Below the pieces are notes generated by a model, which was not told the DNA's origin, searched no databases, and worked only from the letters and a program-made list of their open reading frames with translations. Below are positions 10,040 to 19,039 of a stretch of DNA of 64,000 nt, piece after piece. How positions within the stretch are numbered: position 1 is the first letter of the stretch; each line of letters starts with the position of its first letter. This DNA is from Cyanophyceae cyanobacterium (GTDB taxonomy: Bacteria; Cyanobacteriota; Cyanobacteriia; Cyanobacteriales; JBHJGN01). Location: positions 10,624-74,623 of the forward strand of contig JBHJGN010000066.1 of the NCBI GenBank assembly GCA_050331735.1, read 5' to 3'. The translations under genes and the position numbers were made by a program.

Positions 10040-10253
10040 ACAGCGCCATGACCACGATAGCGAATCAAGATCCAGAGGTTAAACTAGCTGTAGGTAACAA
10101 TTTCCCTGGCTAGCTAAAGTGACAGAGCTACCATCCATAGCTCTAATGGTCAGTATTTAAATCTGTTACCGTACATAACGCTGACTCTGCTTTTTCTACT
10201 ATTAAAGTGTAAAAAGTCAGATTAGTCTGAAGCAGAGGATCATCACAAGATTA

Positions 10254-11021
10254 ATGAATCAGATGGATGAAATTCCAGAAGCACTGCGAGAGCAGCCAAG
10301 CACTGCCCAATCATCACGACGAGGAGCACTCATTGCTGTAGCAGCATTGGGACTAGGAGCCATTTCTGTGTCTGGATTCTTGTTACTCAAACCCTCTCCG
10401 AATGAAGAATCTGCCGCTGCTCCTCCCACCGGGGTTCCCAGTGCCGAACCAGAGACGGAGGCAGCACCAGAAGACCCGGATGATACCAGTGTAGATAATC
10501 TTCTCGGACATTTACCCTACGAGGAAGTGCCGACCTCAGAGCTGGTAGCAGTCACACCGGATGGCAGTATCCGCCTCAAAGCAGCAGCAGCAGAAAAATT
10601 TCTTCAAATGCAGGCGGCGGCGCAGGCAGAGGGAATCGTTTTAGCTCCGCTTTCTGGCTTTCGCTCCGTTGCTGAGCAAGACTACTTATTTTTTGGGGTC
10701 AAAGAGCAGCGCGGACAAGGAGCCGCGCAACGGGCAGAAGTCAGCGCTCCCCCTGGCTACAGCGAACACCACACTGGCTACGCCATCGATATCGGCGACG
10801 GACGCGCCCCAGCAACCCATCTTACCCCCGGTTTTGAAAAGACAGCGGCTTTCCGCTGGCTAGAGCAAAATGCTCCGCGATATAGTTTTGAACTCTCCTT
10901 TCCCCGCGATAACCCCCAAGGCATTAGCTACGAGCCCTGGCACTGGCGCTTCGTTGGCGACAGTCAAAGCCTCAAAACTTTCTACAAAACCAAACCCCTC
11001 CCATCAACCACAGAGAAATAA
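10254..11021 (+). CDS. D-alanyl-D-alanine carboxypeptidase (M15B/VanY family), membrane anchored
   Basis: SGFRS, SAPPGYSEHHTGYAID, YEPWHWRF and an N-terminal TM helix. Confidence 0.9.
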   Translation: MNQMDEIPEALREQPSTAQSSRRGALIAVAALGLGAISVSGFLLLKPSPNEESAAAPPTGVPSAEPETEAAPEDPDDTSVDNLLGHLPYEEVPTSELVAVTPDGSIRLKAAAAEKFLQMQAAAQAEGIVLAPLSGFRSVAEQDYLFFGVKEQRGQGAAQRAEVSAPPGYSEHHTGYAIDIGDGRAPATHLTPGFEKTAAFRWLEQNAPRYSFELSFPRDNPQGISYEPWHWRFVGDSQSLKTFYKTKPLPSTTEK

Positions 11022-11113
11022 CAACGAGCGTATTTGCCTTCGGCAAGCTATTAGCTGTTAGCCTGAGAAAGCTAAAAGCGAAGAGCTATTGATCAATCGA
11101 CTCCGAATTTCCT

Positions 11114-11935
11114 ATGACTAACTATCAAATTGACGAGCGCGAATGGTGGGTCCAGCGATGGCTGGAATTGTTAGATTCTTACCGCTTTAAAAAGCGTCTA
11201 GAAAGGGCACGGACCTACGCCAGAGAAGGTAACGTTCTCAGTATTGATTTTGAAGGAGCGCAGGTATTGGCCAAGGTACAGGGAAGCGAAGCAGAACCGT
11301 ATCAAGTCTCTTTAGCGATCGCTCCGTTTACCGATGAAGACTGGCGCTATCTCATTGAAACCATGTCCGAGCGGGCCATTTATTCGGCCCAACTGCTGGC
11401 CGGAGAGATGCCGGCTAACATCGAAGAGGTGTTCATTGCTAACGGCTTGAGCCTCTTTCCCTATACTCTTTCGGATATTCGCGCTCGCTGTACCTGTCCT
11501 GATAAAGCCAATCCCTGCAAACATATTGGTGCGGTTTACTATCAGTTAGGCGATCGCTTTAGCGAAGATCCGTTTGTGCTCTTTCAGCTCCGGGGACGAA
11601 CCAAAGCACAAATTTTAGAGGCTCTGCGTCAGGTGAGGCCCAGCGCTGGCGAAGCACCGCACCAGGCGGATAGGCCAGCATCTGCGCCAGAGTCAACCGC
11701 CACCCCCGTAGCCGTAGAGACTCCTCCCTGGAAGCAATTTTGGGACTATCATGAACCGCTAGAGTCCTCTTTAGTCGTCATTGCTCCTCCGCCTGAAAGC
11801 AAAACCCCTCTAGATATTCTCGGACCCATGCCCCTCGCCGCCACCGATGCGCAAGCCGTTAGACAGTTTCTTCAGCAAGCCTACTCAACAGCAAGTCAGC
11901 AGGCTATTATAACAGCGATGAGCAACGAACAGTAA
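11114..11935 (+). CDS. SWIM zinc-finger family protein
   Basis: CTCPDKANPCKH motif, RLERARTYAREG, DPFVLFQLRG. Confidence 0.88.
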   Translation: MTNYQIDEREWWVQRWLELLDSYRFKKRLERARTYAREGNVLSIDFEGAQVLAKVQGSEAEPYQVSLAIAPFTDEDWRYLIETMSERAIYSAQLLAGEMPANIEEVFIANGLSLFPYTLSDIRARCTCPDKANPCKHIGAVYYQLGDRFSEDPFVLFQLRGRTKAQILEALRQVRPSAGEAPHQADRPASAPESTATPVAVETPPWKQFWDYHEPLESSLVVIAPPPESKTPLDILGPMPLAATDAQAVRQFLQQAYSTASQQAIITAMSNEQ

Positions 11936-11994
11936 AGAAGGCCGGTCACTTGTTCTTTGTAACAGTCACCAATGACTCATGACCAACAGCTAAA

Positions 11995-12915
11995 ATGCCG
12001 TATTTGCAAGAGCCGAGTGCTATTAGAGAAGCGATCGCCTGCTGCGCGCAAGCGGACGTTCTGTGGTTAGATACTGAAGTCGCCGAGCATCAGACAGAGC
12101 ACCCAAAACTATCCCTGATTCAGGTTTTAACCGATGCTCAGGACCGTACTGGCGAGCGCGTTTTGATCTTCGACGTGCTAGAACAGCCGCAGCTAGTTCG
12201 TGAATTCATTGACCAGATTATGCTCAATGCAGCCATCGAAAAGGTGTTCCACAATGCTAGTTACGATGTTCGGTTTTTGGGGAAGCGGAAGGGACATAAC
12301 ATAACCTGTACTCTAGAAATGGCGAGGAAACTGCCTTACTATTTGGTCTCTGTTCCCAACTGTCAGCTCAAAACCCTAGCTGAACACCTCTGTCACTTTT
12401 CCCCGATAGACGTGACCGAACAAACAGGAGCTTGGGGTCAACGACCGCTGACAGCCCAGCAGCTTCACTATGCCAAAATGGACCCAGTTTATGTAGCGCA
12501 GGTACACCAGCGCTTGAGGCAGCTTGCTAGCTTCAGCAACCCAGACCCGGAAACAGAAGATATTGCCGCTCTAACGCTGCGCTATCGGCAGATCGAGGAA
12601 CGCTGGAAGCAGCTCAATACAGAAATTGAGCATCTCAAGAAAAGGCTCAAACGAGCGATGGAGTCTCAACAGGTTCTGGAAGTAGAGGGGTTTAAACTAT
12701 CTCGCTCTCGAAGAACTAAAAAAAAGGTTTCTGTCATGAAGTTAGTCGAGGCAATGGAGGCGGCTCGTCTAGACACCGATTTTTCACTCGAATTGACTAA
12801 AGATATGCAGAAAGAGCTGTCTGACATTATGGCACAGCTTCCGGTAGAAGAAGAGCACACAACGTATACCCGGTTGAGTGTTCAGGATATCAGTGACGAA
12901 GATGTTCCTTTTTAA
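11995..12915 (+). CDS. Ribonuclease D-like 3'-5' exonuclease (DEDDy) with C-terminal coiled coil
   Basis: LDTE, FHNASYD, WGQRPL and YAKMD motifs. Confidence 0.85.
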   Translation: MPYLQEPSAIREAIACCAQADVLWLDTEVAEHQTEHPKLSLIQVLTDAQDRTGERVLIFDVLEQPQLVREFIDQIMLNAAIEKVFHNASYDVRFLGKRKGHNITCTLEMARKLPYYLVSVPNCQLKTLAEHLCHFSPIDVTEQTGAWGQRPLTAQQLHYAKMDPVYVAQVHQRLRQLASFSNPDPETEDIAALTLRYRQIEERWKQLNTEIEHLKKRLKRAMESQQVLEVEGFKLSRSRRTKKKVSVMKLVEAMEAARLDTDFSLELTKDMQKELSDIMAQLPVEEEHTTYTRLSVQDISDEDVPF

Positions 12916-13074
12916 GCAAGACTAAGGGGTTTGTGTTAGATTGGCTAGCAGTTTCTAGAACGCTAACTTAGCAAAACCTCACGTAGGGGATGGAGGAATG
13001 CGCACAGAAAAACAATCACAGGCAACAATTGTTCTATGCGCTGAGGCGACTGAGGTTATTGAAGGACAGTTAGG

Positions 13075-13944
13075 ATGAGCATCACTGGCTCCCTAGAAAC
13101 ATTTTCTCTCCCAGAACTATTTCGAGTAATCGATACAGGCTCTAAATCTGGGCAGTTGACCATTCAATCTTCGTCTGTGACTGCCAGAGCCGGAACTTAC
13201 TATCTCTGGTTTCAAAATGGTCGCTTAGTGGCGGTTAGCGATCGCGCCGACGGTCAAGGCTTAACGAACGCCATCGAAAGCCGAGGCTGGCTGAGAAGGC
13301 GCGTTCTTCAGCGGCTAACCGAATCCTGCCCGAGTGGAAAGGCTTTAGGCGTCCATCTCAACACGGAGTCGGTTTTGCAGGTCAGGCAGCTCAAGTTGCT
13401 GTTTCAAGGACAGCTTTTTCAAGTTCACAGATTGTTTGAGCTGAGTTCAGGACGCTTTAATCTCTCAGATCAAGACCGCAAGCAGACTCTGCCGTGGCTA
13501 GAAATGACGGGTATCAGTCTTCGGGCTATTGAAGTGGCCCTCTTTTGTCTGCGCCGGCTCAAAAACTGGGAAAGCTATGCCAACCAACTTCCTCACCGGA
13601 GTTCGACTTTAGAGGCTCTGGTATCTCGTCCGGCACTACAGCTTAAAGCTCTGGAGCTACAGCTTTGGGTACTTGCCGATGGCAAAACTTCTCTCGAAAC
13701 TATTACCCGGCAGGTGAATCAGCCACTCAGCGAGGTAGAGCGAGCCGCATTTCGTCTGATGGTAGCTGGTCTAGTCGAGGAAGTGCCGCACTCTCAACAA
13801 CAAGTGAGACTTTTACCGGCGCGACCCCGACCGCTAGCTTCCGTTACAGCGACCACCGAACCAAAGGAGACTAGCAAACCAGCAGAAACGGTGAGTCGTT
13901 CGTTGATTCAAAATTTAATTAACTTTTTGCGGAGTTGGTTTTAA
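13075..13944 (+). CDS. DUF4388 (PATAN-like) domain protein
   Basis: GSLETFSLPELF...KSGQL...LWFQNGRLV N-terminus and a C-terminal winged-helix-like segment. Confidence 0.82.
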   Translation: MSITGSLETFSLPELFRVIDTGSKSGQLTIQSSSVTARAGTYYLWFQNGRLVAVSDRADGQGLTNAIESRGWLRRRVLQRLTESCPSGKALGVHLNTESVLQVRQLKLLFQGQLFQVHRLFELSSGRFNLSDQDRKQTLPWLEMTGISLRAIEVALFCLRRLKNWESYANQLPHRSSTLEALVSRPALQLKALELQLWVLADGKTSLETITRQVNQPLSEVERAAFRLMVAGLVEEVPHSQQQVRLLPARPRPLASVTATTEPKETSKPAETVSRSLIQNLINFLRSWF

Positions 13945-14465
13945 TGGAACGACTGCTCATTGCCGTTACTGGACCCGTCGGCGCTGGCAAAACGAGCTTT
14001 ATTCGCGCCGTTAGCGAAATTGATCCGGTAGATACAGACCGCCGCGCTACAGATGAAACAGCCTTATTAAAGCAAACAACAACCGTCGCTCTCGATTTTG
14101 GGCGCATTACCCTTAATCCGGGACAGGTGGTCTATCTCTATGGAACTCCCGGACAGGTGCGCTTCGACTTTATGTGGGACATTCTGATTCGTAAAGTTCA
14201 CGCTACCGTTCTGCTAATTGATGCTCATCGTCCCCAGAATTTTCGTAGCGGTCGGCAGTTACTCACTTTTATGAAGCAGCGCTCCTCTTTGCCAATGGTT
14301 CTTGGCGTTACCCACACAGACTGCGTAGACGCTTGGGAGCCAGAGGATGTGGCGCTGGCTCTTGGCTTAGTTAATCAGTCAAAACGTCCACCGATCCTCC
14401 GCGTTAATGCCGATAACCCTAGCTCTGTTGCCCAGTGTCTGATTACTTTACTAGAGCGAATTTAA
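13944..14465 (+). CDS. MglA/CvnD-like small GTPase
   Basis: GPVGAGKT, TTVALDFG, GTPGQ.RF and THTD. TAATG overlap with the upstream gene. Confidence 0.9.
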   Translation: MERLLIAVTGPVGAGKTSFIRAVSEIDPVDTDRRATDETALLKQTTTVALDFGRITLNPGQVVYLYGTPGQVRFDFMWDILIRKVHATVLLIDAHRPQNFRSGRQLLTFMKQRSSLPMVLGVTHTDCVDAWEPEDVALALGLVNQSKRPPILRVNADNPSSVAQCLITLLERI

Positions 14466-14599
14466 GGCAGATTCGGTTTCCGAGGCGAGGAGTTGCGCAG
14501 CAGACGGTCAAAAGATAGGTATACTATCTGGTAATTATTGTGATGTAGGGTAATGAGTAAATCCCATGACATTCAGATAGAGATCCTCTCAGTCGATCT

Positions 14600-15142
14600 A
14601 TGACATCCAATGTTCCCCCACCCGACCCTCCGGCCTCGGCTAACGACGAGGAAGGACCATGGCTGAATTTAGTTCGTCGCGTACGAGAGGCCTTCAGCCC
14701 TGTTGATGATTGGGTATCAGACTCTCAGACTCTCGACGTTTCTACCAACCGTTTATCCCCTCAGAAGACACCAATGATTCAAGCCTCAGCCATTAAGGAT
14801 ACTTTACAAAATTTCGTGAGCAGCACGACCGATATCCAAGGAGCCGCCCTCGTCAGTCCCGACGGTCTGCCGTTGACTTCGGTTCTGCCTGCCAGTATGG
14901 ATGAAGAACGGACATCAGCCATGTCCGCAGCGATGCTGTCATTAGGCGAAAGAATCGGTCAGGAACTTTCTCGAGGCGTACTAGAACGCATTTTTGTTGA
15001 GGGCGAAAAAGGCTATAGCGTGTTGATTGGCTGTGGCGAAGACGCGGTTTTGCTGATTTTAGCAAGTAAAGAGGCTAAGCAGGGACTCCTGTTTCTAGAA
15101 ATCAAGCGGCTAGTAAGAGAAATTACTCCGCTGATTACCTGA
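14600..15142 (+). CDS. Roadblock/LC7 (MglB-like) protein; core domain starts at ATG 14774
   Basis: IQGAALVSPDGLPL, DEERTSAMSAAMLSLGERI, GLLFLEIKR. Confidence 0.9.
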   Translation: MTSNVPPPDPPASANDEEGPWLNLVRRVREAFSPVDDWVSDSQTLDVSTNRLSPQKTPMIQASAIKDTLQNFVSSTTDIQGAALVSPDGLPLTSVLPASMDEERTSAMSAAMLSLGERIGQELSRGVLERIFVEGEKGYSVLIGCGEDAVLLILASKEAKQGLLFLEIKRLVREITPLIT

Positions 15143-15183
15143 ATAGATAATTGAGCACCTGAGCAATAGGATAGAGAAGATTT

Positions 15184-15642
15184 ATGCTGCGTCAAACCCT
15201 CGGAAATTTTAGCAGTGTTGTTTGCCTAAAAGCAATTATTACAGGCAGGGAAGATGCGCTGGCGAACGAGCTACGGCGATCGCGCTCAAGTCGGCAGGGC
15301 GGACCAGAGGCAAAACGTTAATTACTGAGCTGGGCTTAACGGGGACGAAGCTCTCTTGGGATGAAGTGGCCATCAAGCTGAACTAGGCACTGGGTAAAGA
15401 CGGCACTCGCCTCTACATCATCGATCAAATTGAGCAGGCAGGCGACGTGATGGAAGTTTATACGCGAGAAACGAGCTGTTCGACAGACGAACCCCCGGGG
15501 TCGGAGCGCCAATGTCCCTATACCCTAGGAGCCGTGTGGGGGGGCACTAGAGCAAGTTTTAGGAAAGCGGCGAGGCATGCATACTGAGTCGGTGCTGCGA
15601 GGGGGCACTCATGATATGTTTGAATTTACCGAGATCATTTAG
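15184..15642 (+). pseudogene. V4R-like small-ligand-binding protein, disrupted
   Basis: Not in the ORF track. Reconstruction: MLRQTLGNFSSVVCLKAIITG...ATAIALKSAGRTRGK...ALGKDGTRLYIID...RETSCSTDEP...CPYTLGAVWGALEQ...HTESVLRGGTHDMFEF. Needs a frameshift near 15261, passes TAG at 15384-15386, and has an extra G in the run at 15538-15544. Confidence 0.8.
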
Positions 15643-15649
15643 GACCAGC

Positions 15650-16486
15650 TTATAAACATCGCAGACTTTGAATCACTCCCTCACAAACTCCTGCCAAAAA
15701 ATCCCCATCCAGGGTCGCTACCGTATCGCTCGCTCGATGATAATGGGGATTTCTTAAAAACGCAGTATCTGTTACCATCACTGCCGGATAGCCTCGATCC
15801 CAAAACGGCGCGTGGTCGCTCCAGCGGGTCTGAGGCACCCAGATACCGCGATTGGGCACGGGCAACCACTCGCAAGGGACTCCGGATGATTTTAGCGTAC
15901 GGCTAAGACGAACTAAATCAGGAATGGTAGCTAAACTGCCCACTAAAGCAATAAAGTTACCTCGATGGGGGTAAAAGTACCGTAATCCTGCTGGGTACTG
16001 CTGGGAACGAGGAGAGCGATCGCAGTAGCCGAGCATCTCCAGCGAAAACATCAGCCGGAGCTGTTGCCCCTGCTGCTTGAGCTCAGCGGCATAGGCAGAA
16101 CTGCCCAACAAGCCGTACTCTTCCATGTCAAAGGCAACGAGCCGCACCGGATATTTCAGCGGATTCAGTGCCAGTGCTGGGGCTATCTCCAGCAGCACAG
16201 CGACGCCGGTGGCGTTATCGTCAGCTCCGGGGGTTCCCGGTACAGCATCGTAGTGAGCGCCAATTAGAATCGGCGGCAGCTTCTGGTTTGACCCCGGCAG
16301 ATCGAGAATAAGATTAGTGTGAGTTTTCCCCCGAACCTCGAAGTCATGAGTTGCCACCGTTCCCCACTGCTGAAGCTGTTGGCGAACATATTGCTGCACG
16401 TAAAAGTGGCCCGCCGAGGCTAAATAAGGATCGCGTTCTCGGACAATTTCAATCAGGTGGCTGTGGAGGCGGGCTTCTAGACTCAA
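15650..16486 (-). CDS. M28 family peptidase
   Basis: GAHYD, PGADDNATG, FDMEEYGLLGS, SDH, PHYH...D. Confidence 0.9.
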   Translation of the reverse strand: MSLEARLHSHLIEIVRERDPYLASAGHFYVQQYVRQQLQQWGTVATHDFEVRGKTHTNLILDLPGSNQKLPPILIGAHYDAVPGTPGADDNATGVAVLLEIAPALALNPLKYPVRLVAFDMEEYGLLGSSAYAAELKQQGQQLRLMFSLEMLGYCDRSPRSQQYPAGLRYFYPHRGNFIALVGSLATIPDLVRLSRTLKSSGVPCEWLPVPNRGIWVPQTRWSDHAPFWDRGYPAVMVTDTAFLRNPHYHRASDTVATLDGDFLAGVCEGVIQSLRCL

Positions 16487-16626
16487 CTCTCTCTCGCAGA
16501 ATACTTAAATAACCTATAGAGCAAAAATTTACCCGTTTTTTACTTTTCCTCTCTATTCTTTGATAACAGGCTTAGGTGTATCTTTGGCGGCTCGTTCGTA
16601 TAGCTGGCGTTCGAGCTGCTTTTTTC

Positions 16627-18132
16627 TTAGCTAACGGTACGAATCGCCTCCAGCAAGCCTCTCGCCTTATTCAGCGTTTCTTGGTACTCCGCCTCTGGGT
16701 CGGAATCGGCGACCAAACCCGCTCCGGCCTGCACCGAAACGAGGTGCTGCCCTGACCGAGGACGAACGATCATCGTCCGGATAGCGATCGCGCTATTAAG
16801 CTGGCCTTCAAACCCATAGTAGCCGTACACCCCCGAGTAGGGACCGCGCCGTTCTGGCTCTAGCTCGTGAATAATTTCCATCGCCCGAATTTTAGGAGCG
16901 CCGCTGACGGTTCCGGCGGGAAAGCAGGCTTTGAGCAAATCCCAGGCCGACCGCCCGGGCGCTAAGGCTCCAACCACATTGCTAACGATGTGCATCACGT
17001 GGGAGTAGCGTTCGATCGCCATCAGTTCGTCCACGCGGACGCTGCCCGACGCGCAGACTCTGCCAAGGTCATTGCGTCCTAAATCGACCAGCATGACGTG
17101 TTCGGCAATCTCTTTCGGGTCTTGCAGCAGCTCTTGGGCGAACGCTTCGTCTGCGGCGCTGGTTTGGCCTCTCGGTCTCGTTCCCGCAATGGGTCTGACC
17201 GTTGCTAGGGTTTGCCCATTGGCTCGTTCTGCCTTTACCATTACCTCTGGGCTAGAGCCGATAATTTGCCAATCGCCAAAGTTGAAATACGCCATGTATG
17301 GAGAAGGATTGATCTGGCGCAGGGAGCGGTAGAGAGTGAAGGGTTCGCCGCTGTACTGAGCCCGCAGTCGCTGAGAAATGACGACCTGAAAGATATCGCC
17401 AGCGCGAATATACTCCTTGGCTTTGCGAACGTTGTCGCAAAACTGTGCTCGCCCGACGTTACTTTCATAGTTCACCTGGGCTGAAGCGTAGTTCATTTCT
17501 AGGGGTTTTGCCTCTACTGGAAGCGGAGACTGGAGCTTGAGGACGAGATTGGCCACGGCCTGACAGGCTTGCTGGTAAGCCGATGACAGGTCGATGCCGT
17601 CGCTCCGCAAATCAGCGTAGGCGATCGCCCAGATTTTTCGCTTCACCTGATCGAACACAATCAGGCGATCGATCTGCATCCACACTCCATCGGGCAAATC
17701 AGCGTCCGTCGCTGCATAGATTGGCACTCTTGGCTCAATCCAGCGAATCAGCTCGTAGCCCCAAAACCCGTAGAGACCACCGATTTTGAAGGGAAGCTGC
17801 GGCAAATTGACCGGATGAATCGGAGCTAAGCAGTCGGCCAGAACCTGAAAGGGATTGCCTGCAAACCGCTTCACCGAGCCATCTCGATGCTGTTGGGTGG
17901 TTGTTTCTCCTGTGGTTGTCAGTACCCACACCGGATCGCACCCCAAAGCGCTGTAGCGTCCAATTGTCTCGCCCCCTTCTACCGACTCGAGCAAAAAGCT
18001 GTAGGGTTGACCGGCACAAATTTTGTACCAAGCCGAGACGGGAGTTTCGAGATCGGCGACCCATTCCTGGTAAACTGGCACAAAATTACCCTGCTGGGCT
18101 AGTTGAGAAAACTCAGAATAACTGGGAAACAT
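16627..18132 (-). CDS. trpE: Anthranilate synthase component I
   Basis: LLESV, FQVVISQR, NPSPYM, GSSPE, PIAGT, EHVMLVDLGRND, PAGTVSGAPK. Confidence 0.95.
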   Translation of the reverse strand: MFPSYSEFSQLAQQGNFVPVYQEWVADLETPVSAWYKICAGQPYSFLLESVEGGETIGRYSALGCDPVWVLTTTGETTTQQHRDGSVKRFAGNPFQVLADCLAPIHPVNLPQLPFKIGGLYGFWGYELIRWIEPRVPIYAATDADLPDGVWMQIDRLIVFDQVKRKIWAIAYADLRSDGIDLSSAYQQACQAVANLVLKLQSPLPVEAKPLEMNYASAQVNYESNVGRAQFCDNVRKAKEYIRAGDIFQVVISQRLRAQYSGEPFTLYRSLRQINPSPYMAYFNFGDWQIIGSSPEVMVKAERANGQTLATVRPIAGTRPRGQTSAADEAFAQELLQDPKEIAEHVMLVDLGRNDLGRVCASGSVRVDELMAIERYSHVMHIVSNVVGALAPGRSAWDLLKACFPAGTVSGAPKIRAMEIIHELEPERRGPYSGVYGYYGFEGQLNSAIAIRTMIVRPRSGQHLVSVQAGAGLVADSDPEAEYQETLNKARGLLEAIRTVS

Positions 18133-18305
18133 CGGGGGATTAAGCGAAGCTGAGAGCGGAACGAAATTTCATTCAAGAGCTGTTATGGCAGGAGTTAGAA
18201 GTCAAATTGACGCTGACTAGCTTTTAACCGTCACTCCCTCCTCGTCTTTCTAGCGATCGCTAGAGCAAAACAATGGTTTTTCCTGGACAGCTAATAAATT
18301 GAGAT

Positions 18306-18348
18306 GCGCCAAACTATTTCACTATTCAACAGTGAAATAGTTTGGCGC
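18306..18348. repeat. Perfect 18-bp inverted repeat with a 7-nt loop
   Basis: gcgccaaactatttcact-attcaac-agtgaaatagtttggcgc. Confidence 0.9.
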
Positions 18349-18441
18349 GGGACGGAGACTTACTACTTACCGGTAGCTCGCCACTCCCTTGGATAGGAAA
18401 CTGAAACCCGAAAAGCTGATAGCTAACTGCTAACGGCCTTT

Positions 18442-18469
18442 AAAAGGACGAAAAGCTCCCTTCATCCTT
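18442..18469 (-). terminator. Intrinsic terminator of psaD
   Basis: Minus strand AAGGATGAAG-GGAG-CTTTTCGTCCTTTT, about 20 nt after the psaD stop. Confidence 0.65.
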
Positions 18470-18489
18470 AATTTTGAGTTTTGGCCCTG

Positions 18490-18918
18490 CTAGACATCGT
18501 AAGTTTTCTTTCCAGAGAACTTCAGCGTTGCCGGTTCAGGGTTGCTGCCAATATTTCTATCCCGCTTACCCACGTAGGGTCGTCCTTCGTTGACTTTTTC
18601 TGGAAAGACCCCATCGGCTGGGTGTAGGTATTGAATCTCGCCGCTCGGATAAATTCGGTAAATTTTGTAATCTTCTAGCTTGGGCTTAAAGTTAGTCCTA
18701 AACTGTGCTCCCAGAGCTAAACAGTGTTCTTTGCGAGCGAGGTAGAGGAGATTTTTGCCTTCGTGCATGATTGCCGCTCCACCCGTTGGCATTTCAAACA
18801 CCTGCTCTTTAGGGCTCGTCCAGGTAATCGCGTATTTTTCTTCGACGATAGCTTTAGTGAGCAAGCCGCCGGTGCTGCCACCAAACTTCGGGGTTTTTCC
18901 AGAAAGTTCTTCTGCCAT
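18490..18918 (-). CDS. psaD: Photosystem I reaction centre subunit II
   Basis: [47 protein letters not shown]. Confidence 0.98.
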   Translation of the reverse strand: MAEELSGKTPKFGGSTGGLLTKAIVEEKYAITWTSPKEQVFEMPTGGAAIMHEGKNLLYLARKEHCLALGAQFRTNFKPKLEDYKIYRIYPSGEIQYLHPADGVFPEKVNEGRPYVGKRDRNIGSNPEPATLKFSGKKTYDV

Positions 18919-18988
18919 AACTATATTTCAACAGTATTTTAGGGAATGCTATCACTGAGACTGTCTTGATTGAGCAGGCTTGTCAAGA

Positions 18989-19006
18989 ACTGTAACAGTT
19001 TGTCAT
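18989..19006 (-). promoter_or_regulatory. HLR1 (RpaB-binding) element upstream of psaD
   Basis: Minus strand ATGACAAA-CT-GTTACAGT. With -10 TAGCAT at 18951-18946 it lies at about -50 to -67, the activating position known for PSI genes. Confidence 0.6.
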
Positions 19007-19039
19007 CGAATTGGAGACAGGGAGTGAAAGCAACGTTTT

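Noticed and set aside
18373-18407. CRISPR array
   Set aside because: Only one repeat-like unit, no repeat-spacer periodicity and no cas genes. Kept only as a low-level finding.
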